IMG/VR virus record: IMGVR_UViG_3300023371_000434
Reading direction: 5' to 3' (one strand)
Length of the DNA stretch: 21,838 nucleotides
DNA from: a virus
A model generated the notes under the pieces. It did not search any database. It was given only the letters and a program-made list of their open reading frames with translations, and had not been told where the DNA came from. Positions 9,149-20,600 of this stretch are shown here, piece by piece. Every line of letters begins with the position of its first letter. Position 1 is the stretch's first letter. Made by a program: the position numbers and the translations under genes.

Positions 9149-9403
9149 TTACTTAATAAGATTTATAAGCACTTTTATTTTACTTATCTCTACTGTTGTA
9201 TCAGCCCAACCTCTTCTTTCTGCTTCTTCTACCAGTGCTATTATCTCCTGTATTATTTTCTCTGTATCATCAAAAGCACATCCTCTGCATCCCATTTTTT
9301 CTACATTACAACTTGATTGTTCTTTTCCTGTGCATTTCATATACTCTCTCCTTTCGTATATCTTACTTCTTTTTAATTCTTTTAGCATTTGTTCTATGTT
9401 CAT
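9149..9403 (-). CDS. Small Cys-containing phage protein, unknown
   Basis: 84 aa; CTGKEQSSCNVEKMGCRGCAF. Confidence 0.55.
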   Translation of the reverse strand: MNIEQMLKELKRSKIYERREYMKCTGKEQSSCNVEKMGCRGCAFDDTEKIIQEIIALVEEAERRGWADTTVEISKIKVLINLIK

Positions 9404-9418
9404 TTGCTATTCTCCTCT

Positions 9419-9526
9419 TTAAAAATCTTTTACCATTTTATATACTACATATATTCCTAACCCCATTATTGCTATTGTAAATATTATAAGTGCTATTATA
9501 AAAATTGTTGCTACTATATCTAACAT
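9419..9526 (-). CDS. 35-aa single-pass membrane peptide
   Basis: MLDIVATIFIIALIIFTIAIMGLGIYVVYKMVKDF. Confidence 0.5.
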   Translation of the reverse strand: MLDIVATIFIIALIIFTIAIMGLGIYVVYKMVKDF

Positions 9527-9530
9527 ATCT

Positions 9531-9668
9531 TTATCTCTCCTCTCTAAATATATTTTTTAGTATTTTCTTTAATTTGCCTTTTCTTTTCTCTTTTAGGCTT
9601 TCCACATATTGTTGTATATCTTCTTTTGTTACAATCAAATCAAATTCATCCATCCATTCTGCATACAT
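9531..9668 (-). CDS. 45-aa basic protein, unknown
   Basis: MYAEWMDEFDLIVTKEDIQQYVESLKEKRKGKLKKILKNIFREER. Confidence 0.5.
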   Translation of the reverse strand: MYAEWMDEFDLIVTKEDIQQYVESLKEKRKGKLKKILKNIFREER

Positions 9669-9675
9669 ATTTGTA

Positions 9676-10016
9676 TCACTCCTTATTTATTTTTTTATCT
9701 AGTTGTTTTACTGCTTTAATAAGTTCATTTATTTTATTAAAATGATTTTTCATTGATTCTCTTGTATCAAAAACTGTATTTGGTTTTAATTCTTCAATAG
9801 CTTGTATATCTATATCTTGTTTTTCTTCTATTAATTCAAATTCTGCATTTGCAATATGTTCATCTGTCCAATGTAACATTAAAGGTTCATCACCTTCATA
9901 AATAGTAAATCCATCAAATTCACATATTGTATCTTTGTATCTTAATTTAGTCCCGTTTTGTTATTTCTTTTTCTGCAATCATTCTTAATATTTCCCATCC
10001 GTTTATATGTTTTCAT
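9676..10016 (-). CDS. Phage protein with two in-frame CGGR breaks; reconstructed join(9676..9954,9956..10000,10002..10016), 112 aa
   Basis: MKTYK-[CGGA][14 protein letters not shown][CGGG][45 protein letters not shown]...; both frame changes needed for one continuous ORF. Confidence 0.78.
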
Positions 10017-10375
10017 TCCATTTTCTCCCCTTTCCTCTTGGTTTTGCTAAACCTGTTCTATATGCGTGTTTTTCATTTTCACTTTGATTACACCATTCCA
10101 AATTATCTATCCTATTATTAGTTTTATCTCCATCTTTGTGATTTACTTGAGGTTTATTCATAACATTTGCAATAAAGTATTGTGCAACTAAAATATGTAC
10201 TTTTTTAGTTTTATGTATGTTATTTATACTTAAACCTACTGTATGATAACCATATCTATTTGGAGTTGATTTTAATATTTTTTCTTTTCCGAATTTTAAG
10301 GATTTAACTCTGCCTAAATTACTTATTTGATATATGCCTTCATATCCGTTTTATATCTCGCCATTCTTCTTCCAA
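10003..10375 (-). CDS. HNH homing-type endonuclease (NUMOD4-like N-terminus); reconstructed join(10003..10347,10349..10375), 123 aa, TTG start
   Basis: MEEEWRDIK-[CGGA][25 protein letters not shown]...[49 protein letters not shown]. Confidence 0.88.
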
Positions 10376-10377
10376 GT

Positions 10378-10542
10378 CTATTCCTCCACTTCTTTAACAT
10401 CGAAACCTTCTCGCTCCAATGCTTCTTTTAATTCCTCTTCTGTTGTTCCTACTACTCCTAAATACATATCTTTAAATATGTCTGCAATTGTTTCTATTTC
10501 AAATTCATCACATTCTACTTCGTATTTTCCAAATATATACAA
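10378..10542 (-). CDS. 54-aa acidic protein, TTG start
   Basis: MYIFGKYEVECDEFEIETIADIFKDMYLGVVGTTEEELKEALEREGFDVKEVEE; upstream GAGGAGG. Confidence 0.5.
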   Translation of the reverse strand: MYIFGKYEVECDEFEIETIADIFKDMYLGVVGTTEEELKEALEREGFDVKEVEE

Positions 10543-10544
10543 CT

Positions 10545-10758
10545 CTATTCCTCCTCATAATAATCATCTTCAAAAAATCCCAATTTGTATTCTTCCTCAA
10601 ACGTTAATAGTTTACCATTTTTGTAAACATCAAATGCACAATGACCATTATCATAAGACCATAACCAATTTTGTCTAAACCATCTTAATATCTTATCTAT
10701 ACTTTCATTTTTATAACTATCAATTTTACAATGATACTGCCAAATATCAATTTTCCAT
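10545..10758 (-). CDS. Small phage protein whose likely ATG (10758) is out of frame with the body of the ORF
   Basis: ATG GAA AAT TGA then +1-frame DIWQYHCKIDSYKNESIDKILRWFRQNWLWSYDNGHCAFDVYKNGKLLTFEEEYKLGFFEDDYYEEE. Confidence 0.5.
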
Positions 10759-11010
10759 TATTCCTCCTTTACTTTTTCTACTAGTCCTGCTTGGATTAGG
10801 TCAGTTAAAAGTTCTTTTTGATATTCTTCCCAACTACTTCCGCAAAAATCTTCAATGCATATAAAAATTGTTCTATCTTTATATATTGCTATGTAATCGT
10901 TGTATTCTAAGTCTTTAATATAAGCTTTGTGGCAAGCATCATCTAATCCTAATCTATATCCAAACTTCTCTAATTCTTTTAAATCTACTCCGTTCTTTTA
11001 TCTTTAACAT
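10758..11010 (-). CDS. Phage protein of unknown function with CGGA break; reconstructed join(10758..10991,10993..11010), 83 aa
   Basis: MLKIKE-[CGGA]-VDLKELEKFGYRLGLDDACHKAYIKDLEYNDYIAIYKDRTIFICIEDFCGSSWEEYQKELLTDLIQAGLVEKVKEE; AGGAGG RBS. Confidence 0.75.
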
Positions 11011-11423
11011 ATTTCCTCCTTTACTTTATAACAGTTAGCTTCAAACAATTCTTTTGTTAGTATTGTTTTGATATCAGCTTGATATATGTAATATTTCATA
11101 TCTGTTCCTTTAAATTGTGCTGTTCTGTATTGTGTCACTAACTTTCTTCCTCTATATTCTTCTGTTCCATCATCTAATGTTTCCCAATATTCAATTATAT
11201 CTATTACTAATTCACCATTCACATAGTCTCCTATTTTTGTTAAATCTATTGTATTAAATGAGTGTGTCTCTATGTCTTCTAATGTATGTACTCCATTTAC
11301 TAGTAGCACGTTACGTTTTCTATATCCAAAACCTTTTTCTTTTCTTGTTTCTGGTGTATTTACAGTTTTTACTTTTCTTATTAATCCTTTTTTAGTTCTA
11401 TAATACTCTCCTACTTCTATCAT
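11004..11423 (-). CDS. Phage protein, unknown
   Basis: 139 aa ORF with AGGAGG RBS. Confidence 0.6.
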   Translation of the reverse strand: MIEVGEYYRTKKGLIRKVKTVNTPETRKEKGFGYRKRNVLLVNGVHTLEDIETHSFNTIDLTKIGDYVNGELVIDIIEYWETLDDGTEEYRGRKLVTQYRTAQFKGTDMKYYIYQADIKTILTKELFEANCYKVKEEIC

Positions 11424-11569
11424 ATTTCCTCCTTATATAAACCTTTTCCACAATTATAGCCACCATACATGCAAAGCATTGCAAGTATAAATGCATTTTG
11501 AGTTTTATTAAATATAATGATTCCAACTATAATTTCAACTATTCCAAATATAAAATCCATATATTTCAT
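11420..11569 (-). CDS. 49-aa small membrane protein
   Basis: MKYMDFIFGIVEIIVGIIIFNKTQNAFILAMLCMYGGYNCGKGLYKEEI, RBS GGAGG. Confidence 0.5.
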   Translation of the reverse strand: MKYMDFIFGIVEIIVGIIIFNKTQNAFILAMLCMYGGYNCGKGLYKEEI

Positions 11570-11582
11570 CTCATATTTCCTC

Positions 11583-11825
11583 CTATCTCATACCTTCAAA
11601 TTCTATATATCCTTCACGTTTTAATTTATTTAGTTTCTTGTCCATTTCTCTAAATCTTTCTTCTATTTTAATTACTTCTTTCTCTTCCAACATCTTCAAT
11701 ATCTCTTCCTTTGCTTTTATAAACTCTGCACTGTAACATATTGAATTTATGTATTTGTTATATATTATGTGTTTATCTAAGTTGTTTAAGATTTCTATTA
11801 TTTCGTTCATGTTGTTTCCTCCCAT
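11583..11825 (-). CDS. Phage protein, unknown
   Basis: 80 aa ORF. Confidence 0.5.
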   Translation of the reverse strand: MGGNNMNEIIEILNNLDKHIIYNKYINSICYSAEFIKAKEEILKMLEEKEVIKIEERFREMDKKLNKLKREGYIEFEGMR

Positions 11826-12094
11826 CCAATTGCTAGTCTGATATACTTTATAACGTCATCTTCTTGCATAATTTTATTTTCAATAACTCTTTTAGAATAT
11901 TTGTCTATTCCTTCCATAACTTTTTTATTGAACTTATTTTCTTTTGCATTATCTTCTAATCTCATTAAGAACCATTTAAACATTTTTAACATAACTGTTT
12001 TTGGCATTTGTTCATCTTGTTGTTTTAACCAATCGTCAAATGTTTGTTGATTTTCAAAGCCTTCTATAAAAATGTTTTTTGAAACTTGTATCAT
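11807..12094 (-). CDS. Phage protein, unknown (95 aa from the RBS-preceded ATG; the ORF is open to 12202)
   Basis: MIQVSKNIFIEGFENQQTF...; AAAGGAGG upstream of 12094. Confidence 0.6.
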   Translation of the reverse strand: MIQVSKNIFIEGFENQQTFDDWLKQQDEQMPKTVMLKMFKWFLMRLEDNAKENKFNKKVMEGIDKYSKRVIENKIMQEDDVIKYIRLAIGWEETT

Positions 12095-12126
12095 TTTTAC
12101 CTCCTTTTTAATGGTAACGGACTTGT

Positions 12127-14404
<2,278 letters not shown>

Positions 14405-14433
14405 TTATTACACCTGCCTTTTCTTTTGAGTAA

Positions 14434-14461
14434 AGGCAGCACAATTCCACTTATGCTGCCT
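14434..14461 (-). terminator. Hairpin downstream of the DUF669-like gene; weak terminator candidate
   Basis: AGGCAGCA (14434-14441) / TGCTGCCT (14454-14461), short minus-strand T tract. Confidence 0.45.
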
Positions 14462-14468
14462 CTTATTT

Positions 14469-14972
14469 CTAGCCCCAACCTAAATCTTCTTTTATTTCAT
14501 CTGATTCAGTAACAGGTATATTTGCTTTTTTGAATTTTTCTGCAATTTTAAAAGTTTTAAATCCTTTTTTATTTTTTCCATATTCAAGTGCATATTCTTC
14601 ATTAACAATTTTTTCATATATATTTAGTAACAAAATATTGTAATTTGCATAACCTTTAAATTCTACTATTTCGTCTGTTTCTAAACTTCTTAAAAACTCA
14701 TTAACAACATGTATTTGAAATCCTTCTCTTACTAATTGATTCATAAATATTAATCTTCCTTGATTTTTTCCATTTAATATTTCAAACCAAGTTGTTACCA
14801 TAGGGTCTCCTTTTTTAGATTGTCCTAATTCTAATTTTGTAATTTTAACTTCATATGTTCCTTCTTCAACTTCGTCATATTCTCCAAATTCTCTTGTTGA
14901 TGCATCTTGTACATCTTTCTCTAATCCTTCTATATCTACTTTACTATCAAATTCTTCCCAATTAATTGCCAT
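14469..14972 (-). CDS. DUF669-like phage single-strand-binding-associated protein
   Basis: 167 aa; EEGTYEVKITKLELGQSKKGDPMVTTWFEILNGKNQGRLIFMNQL pattern. Confidence 0.8.
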   Translation of the reverse strand: MAINWEEFDSKVDIEGLEKDVQDASTREFGEYDEVEEGTYEVKITKLELGQSKKGDPMVTTWFEILNGKNQGRLIFMNQLVREGFQIHVVNEFLRSLETDEIVEFKGYANYNILLLNIYEKIVNEEYALEYGKNKKGFKTFKIAEKFKKANIPVTESDEIKEDLGWG

Positions 14973-15697
14973 TATTTTTTACCTCCATTTATAAATTCTT
15001 TTTTAAATTCTTCCACATTTAGTGGTATTCTAGTTTGTTGTAAACCTATTCTGTTTCCACCAAACACATAATCGTTATATGTAAAATCTAAATATCTTTT
15101 ATTATCATTATCTAGAATTACTCTTGCTGTAATATCTACCATTCCAGCTAGTTTTTTTGCTATTTTTTCTTGTAGGTTTACAGTGTAACTTGTAATACTT
15201 GTACCATTTTTAAAATTTACTTCTTCTACTTTGTCATGACTTAGTAAAACAATGTTATAATCACTGTTAATAATTCTTTTTATTATTGTTAAAAATTCTG
15301 TTTTAATCATGTCATAACCTTTTCCATATCCCGCATCTGATTCATGTTCTATTTCTAGTTTGTTATACATATAAACTCTACATGCTTCATATACATCTTC
15401 TATTAAATCTATAACTATTGTTTTGTAAGAGTGATTTCCTGCTATTATTTCATCTACTGCTTCTTTAAAAACTTCCCAAGCAAATTTTACTTTTTTTATT
15501 CTTCCCTCCATACTTACTTCATCTCTTATTGCTATATATGGAGCATCTACATATTGTATATTTCCATCTGTATTTAATATCAATGGTTCTGGAAATCCGT
15601 TAGCAAAAGTTGTTTTTCCACTCATAGGACTTCCATATAAATATAATTTTACTTTTTTAGATGCCTGAACATCTCTTTTTTTATTTTCTGGTAACAT
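14972..15697 (-). CDS. Sak4-like / AAA_24 RecA-fold ATPase
   Basis: 241 aa; Walker A LYGSPMSGKTTFANGFP, KTIVIDLI Walker B, adjacent to DUF669-like gene. Confidence 0.88.
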   Translation of the reverse strand: MLPENKKRDVQASKKVKLYLYGSPMSGKTTFANGFPEPLILNTDGNIQYVDAPYIAIRDEVSMEGRIKKVKFAWEVFKEAVDEIIAGNHSYKTIVIDLIEDVYEACRVYMYNKLEIEHESDAGYGKGYDMIKTEFLTIIKRIINSDYNIVLLSHDKVEEVNFKNGTSITSYTVNLQEKIAKKLAGMVDITARVILDNDNKRYLDFTYNDYVFGGNRIGLQQTRIPLNVEEFKKEFINGGKK

Positions 15698-15709
15698 CTT
15701 ATTTCCTCC

Positions 15710-16749
<1,040 letters not shown>

Positions 16750-16750
<1 letters not shown>

Positions 16751-17100
16751 TAGTCCTCCAATTCATCAATACTAAGTTGTTTATTAATTTTTTCAACAAA
16801 TACTTCGTTAGTTTCTTCATTAATTTTTAACTCATAGTCATATCCGACACTACCTTTATTTGTATTTTTAGTTTCTTTTATTTTTTCGCTTATTGAATAA
16901 TCAATTCTAGGTTCTTCCCATTCGATGTATTCGCCTTCCTCTGTTGTATCTCCGAAGTGAGAACTATCTAAATTTATCTTCAAATTAATTTCTGCTTCTC
17001 TTTTTCCTGTAACAACGATATTCATAAGTCTATTCAATATAATTTCCAGTTGATCCCTCATAGGTTTTAATAATTCACTATCTAAATCTAATTTTTGCAT
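16750..17100 (-). CDS. Phage protein, unknown (116 aa from RBS-preceded ATG; the ORF is open to 17130)
   Basis: MQKLDLDSELLKPMRDQLEIILNRLMNIVV... Confidence 0.6.
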
Positions 17101-17101
17101 T

Positions 17102-18331
17102 TTATAATTCCTCCTTTTTAAATAATTCATCTGTATAGTCTTTTCTTTGTTTCAATGTTTCAAGTATTTTTTCTTCAATTGAATTTTCAGTAATTAAGTA
17201 ATAATACATACAATTATTTTTTTGCCCTATACGATGAATACGTTTCTTCGATTGTTCAAATAATTCTGAACTTAGAGGCAAACTAAAATAAATTATTTTA
17301 TTTGCCTTTTGTAAGTTTAGTCCGGTTGCTCCTGCTTGATATTGTACAAATGTTACACTGTTATTGTATTTTTCATAATGCGTTAAGTCTTTCATATCTC
17401 CACAAACTATGCTTATATTCTTTTCTGTACATAATCTAGTAATCAATTTTCTTTCTTCATTAAAATTGTAAAAAATTATAAGTCTGTCATCTGTAGATTC
17501 TATTATGTCTTTAAGTGCTTGTAATTTATTTTTATTGTATTGTGCTGCTAATTGTCTTAAATATAAGAGCCTTGTAAGTGATGTGTCTCCAATTAGTTGT
17601 TTATCATCTAAAGTAATAAGTCTATCTGTCTTAAATCTCTTATATTCTTTTGTGTTTTCAACTTTTACTACATTATCGATTTGTTCTGGAAGTTCTATTG
17701 CTTCCTCTGTTTTCATGAATACTGCACCGTATTGAGCTAACCTTTGTTTTAAATGTTCAGTATTTTTATAACCTGTTACTTTAGGCATTTTATAACCATT
17801 TATTGGTATTAATATGTAATTTATATACATATTCCAAAATGTCTCTTTAGTAATTTTCCATCCTAACAATTTGCATTGTGTTAATAATTCTTCATATTTT
17901 CCTCCAGTTGGAGTTCCACTACATAAAATTAAATTTTTGAAATTTAAATTCATAATAAATTTTGTTCTTGATGCTTTTGAATTTTTTATGAACTGAGATT
18001 CATCTAAAATCAATGTGTAATTATTTAATCCTAGAAATTCTGATCTCCTCCATATTAAATCATAGTTTATTATCACTACTGTTTTATTTAATAATTGGTC
18101 TGGTAGATTATAAGTAAATACCTGGTATTCTGAATAATACTTTTTTATATGCATTTCCCATATTGAAACAACAGATTTTGGACAAACAATAACTACTAAA
18201 TTATCATTAAGTTCTTTCATTTTTTCTGATGCAACAAATGTCTTTCCTAATCCCATATCCAGATACAAAGCGCATCTAGTTTTTTCTTTTATCTGATTCA
18301 ACACTTGCTTTTGATGTGGATATAAGTCCAT
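17102..18331 (-). CDS. SNF2/DEAD-family helicase
   Basis: 409 aa; ALYLDMGLGKTFVASEKM, SFIKN-type DESQFIKN, LILCSGTP, YFSLPLSSELFEQSKKRIHRIGQKN. Confidence 0.95.
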   Translation of the reverse strand: MDLYPHQKQVLNQIKEKTRCALYLDMGLGKTFVASEKMKELNDNLVVIVCPKSVVSIWEMHIKKYYSEYQVFTYNLPDQLLNKTVVIINYDLIWRRSEFLGLNNYTLILDESQFIKNSKASRTKFIMNLNFKNLILCSGTPTGGKYEELLTQCKLLGWKITKETFWNMYINYILIPINGYKMPKVTGYKNTEHLKQRLAQYGAVFMKTEEAIELPEQIDNVVKVENTKEYKRFKTDRLITLDDKQLIGDTSLTRLLYLRQLAAQYNKNKLQALKDIIESTDDRLIIFYNFNEERKLITRLCTEKNISIVCGDMKDLTHYEKYNNSVTFVQYQAGATGLNLQKANKIIYFSLPLSSELFEQSKKRIHRIGQKNNCMYYYLITENSIEEKILETLKQRKDYTDELFKKEEL

Positions 18332-18467
18332 TTTTTTCCTCCTTCAACTGGTTTATTTTTCGCCTTAATTCATCTGCAAACCTATAATCACTGCTATCCC
18401 AACAATCTTGCATTTGTAGCATAAAATATCTTCGCTCTAATTCTTCTAGTGTTTCTGGCATTGTCAT
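18276..18467 (-). CDS. Small phage protein, unknown
   Basis: 63 aa, overlaps the helicase start. Confidence 0.5.
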   Translation of the reverse strand: MTMPETLEELERRYFMLQMQDCWDSSDYRFADELRRKINQLKEEKNGLISTSKASVESDKRKN

Positions 18468-18543
18468 TTCTCCTTTGACATATTTGTTTTTTCGTGTTAT
18501 ACTAAAACAAATATGAATTATTTTTTATGTTCTTATTTTTGAG

Positions 18544-18783
18544 TTAGTTTGTTGATTGGTAGTCGGAAACTAGCTCTTTTACTTTGTCTAATCTAACTTT
18601 TGGATTATTGTAATTATTGCTTTCTACTAGAATAATAATTTCATTTATTAAGTTCTTATCTTTCTTGTGTGTTTTTTCTTGACAATGTATAAAATAATCT
18701 CTTTCTGCTTTTTCATTTTCCAATGTTCTTACTGCTCTTGCTAATTCTAAACATCTTGATTCTAATTCTCTTTTTTTAGGCAT
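18544..18783 (-). CDS. Small phage protein, unknown
   Basis: 79 aa ORF in early operon. Confidence 0.5.
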   Translation of the reverse strand: MPKKRELESRCLELARAVRTLENEKAERDYFIHCQEKTHKKDKNLINEIIILVESNNYNNPKVRLDKVKELVSDYQSTN

Positions 18784-18798
18784 CCTTATTCCTCCTTT

Positions 18799-18900
18799 CT
18801 ATAAACCTAATATATTACAAGCTAGTCCATATAATAGACAGCCTAATATTGGTAATGTTATACATGATGTTCCTTTTAAAATTTCTTTTATCTTTTTCAT
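18799..18900 (-). CDS. 33-aa membrane peptide
   Basis: MKKIKEILKGTSCITLPILGCLLYGLACNILGL. Confidence 0.45.
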   Translation of the reverse strand: MKKIKEILKGTSCITLPILGCLLYGLACNILGL

Positions 18901-18913
18901 TTGTAACTCCTTT

Positions 18914-19198
18914 CTAAACTACTTTGTTTAGTTCTAAATTGATTTTTCTCTTTTGAAAGTCTACGTTTATTGTTTTACTTCTTGTTTTTCTTTTTATAGG
19001 TTTAATTTCTAATGTTTCTTGTGATTCTAATGTCTTTATTTCTACAAATTCTTTTATGTCTTTTGGGGCAAATCTATAATCTTTCGCTCCAATTTTGAAA
19101 CACTTTAAACCTTCATTTATAAACTTTATTATTGTTCTTGTGTCTTTTACTTTGAAGTATTGCTTTACTTCTTCCATTGTTAATAATGTTTCTTCCAT
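18914..19198 (-). CDS. Excisionase-like / helix-turn-helix DNA-binding protein
   Basis: 94 aa; LTMEEVKQYFKVKDTRTIIKFINEGLKCFKIGAKDYRFAPKDIKEFVE matches HTH_17-type pattern. Confidence 0.75.
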   Translation of the reverse strand: MEETLLTMEEVKQYFKVKDTRTIIKFINEGLKCFKIGAKDYRFAPKDIKEFVEIKTLESQETLEIKPIKRKTRSKTINVDFQKRKINLELNKVV

Positions 19199-19221
19199 AT
19201 TTGCCCTCCTTTTTATCAGTT

Positions 19222-19446
19222 TTACTGAACTTTAAAATTAAAAAAATTTTTTGGAGATTTTCCTAATATTTTAGATATATTATTTATATTCGATATTTTA
19301 GGTTCTGAAATTCCATTCTCAATATTATAGTATGTAACTTTGCTTTTAAATCCTAATAATCTAGCCATGTCTATAATGGATAAACCTTTGTTTTTTCTCT
19401 CCCTTTTCAATTTTTCTGTATATACATACTGACTATATTTATTCAT
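19222..19446 (-). CDS. Cro/CI-type HTH regulator
   Basis: 74 aa; LKRERKNKGLSIIDMARLLGFKSKVTYYNIENGISEPKISNINNISKILGKSPKNFF; divergent from the repressor. Confidence 0.88.
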   Translation of the reverse strand: MNKYSQYVYTEKLKRERKNKGLSIIDMARLLGFKSKVTYYNIENGISEPKISNINNISKILGKSPKNFFNFKVQ

Positions 19447-19479
19447 TCTACACCTCCCTGGTTTTGTTTTACTGTACTT

Positions 19480-19507
19480 ATTATATCAGAGCAACTGAAC
19501 TTGTCAA
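19480..19507 (-). promoter_or_regulatory. Early lytic promoter
   Basis: Minus strand TTGACA-N16-TATAAT (-35 at 19502-19507, -10 at 19480-19485). Confidence 0.85.
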
Positions 19508-19576
19508 TAGTTTTTCGAAAAAAGTTTTTTATAACTGAACTATCGTTAGAAGCTGTAAGAAAAAAAATTTTTATTG

Positions 19577-19605
19577 TTTACTTTTTCTGAACTATATGTT
19601 AGAAT
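19577..19605 (+). promoter_or_regulatory. Candidate repressor promoter
   Basis: TTTACT-N17-TAGAAT upstream of the repressor RBS TAGGAG. Confidence 0.45.
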
Positions 19606-19625
19606 ATTATTAGGAGTGATTTTAA

Positions 19626-20600
19626 ATGAATGAAGAAAAACCTATTATTGCTGAACGTATAAAAATTCTAAGAAAAGAAAAAGGATACACACAGGAACAG
19701 CTTGCTGATAAATTAGGATTAAACGCAAAATCAAGTATTGCTAACTATGAAAGTGGGGCAAATGCACCTAGCGATGAGATAAAATCTAAAATGTGTGAAT
19801 TGTTTGGATGTTCTATGGATTATCTAGTAGGAAAAAGTGAATTTAAAACAATTGAAGAAGATTTTGATAATTATTCTATTACTCAAAATAAACTTATTAT
19901 ATTGAAAACTATTGAAAGATATCATTCGGAATACGTTATCACATATTCTTTAAAAGAAGAGGATGTAGATTTTATAGTTGATGTATTGTGCAATATTAAT
20001 CAAAATAACATAAAAGAAAAAAAAGAAAAAATAGATAAATATGTTAATTCTTTTGATAAAGATGATAGAAAAGGAATTAGAGAATTTATAAATATAATTA
20101 TTAAAGAGTTAATAGAAGATTTAAAAGTTAAAAGTGTATTTCATTATTTTTATTCTTTAATAGATAACAAGAAAGAGAATATAAATAATATTTTACCAAA
20201 CAAATTTTATATGACGCCAGTATATGGACGTATATCTGCAGGACAACCTAATTGGGCTGAGGAATGTATTGAAGGTCGTATTCCTATTGACCCTGAAATG
20301 ATGAATATTACTAATCCAGAAGAATGTTTTTTCTTAAAAGTAAATGGTGAAAGTATGAATAAGGAAATTAAAAATGGCGCTTATGCCTTAATTAGAAAAA
20401 CTGATTTTGTAGAAAATGGTGATATAGCCGTTGTTTTAGTTAATGGATTTGATGCTACACTAAAGAAATTCTCAAAGCAAGGAGATTTGATTATATTAGA
20501 ACCATTAAGCAATGACCCTTCATTTAATACACAAGTATATAATAAAGATACTGAGATAAAAGTTATAGGGAAATATATTGGTAAAATGGAGATGAAATAA
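19626..20600 (+). CDS. CI-like repressor with N-terminal HTH and S24/LexA peptidase domain
   Basis: 324 aa; IKILRKEKGYTQEQLADKLGLNAKSSIANYESGANAPS; YGRISAGQP...FFLKVNGESMNKEIKNGAYALIRKTD. Confidence 0.95.
   Translation: MNEEKPIIAERIKILRKEKGYTQEQLADKLGLNAKSSIANYESGANAPSDEIKSKMCELFGCSMDYLVGKSEFKTIEEDFDNYSITQNKLIILKTIERYHSEYVITYSLKEEDVDFIVDVLCNINQNNIKEKKEKIDKYVNSFDKDDRKGIREFINIIIKELIEDLKVKSVFHYFYSLIDNKKENINNILPNKFYMTPVYGRISAGQPNWAEECIEGRIPIDPEMMNITNPEECFFLKVNGESMNKEIKNGAYALIRKTDFVENGDIAVVLVNGFDATLKKFSKQGDLIILEPLSNDPSFNTQVYNKDTEIKVIGKYIGKMEMK

Noticed and set aside
10334-10678. Plus-strand ORF 10334..10678 (114 aa)
   Set aside because: Antisense shadow of three short minus-strand genes including the HNH gene; Ser/Pro/Ile-rich with no recognisable domain.
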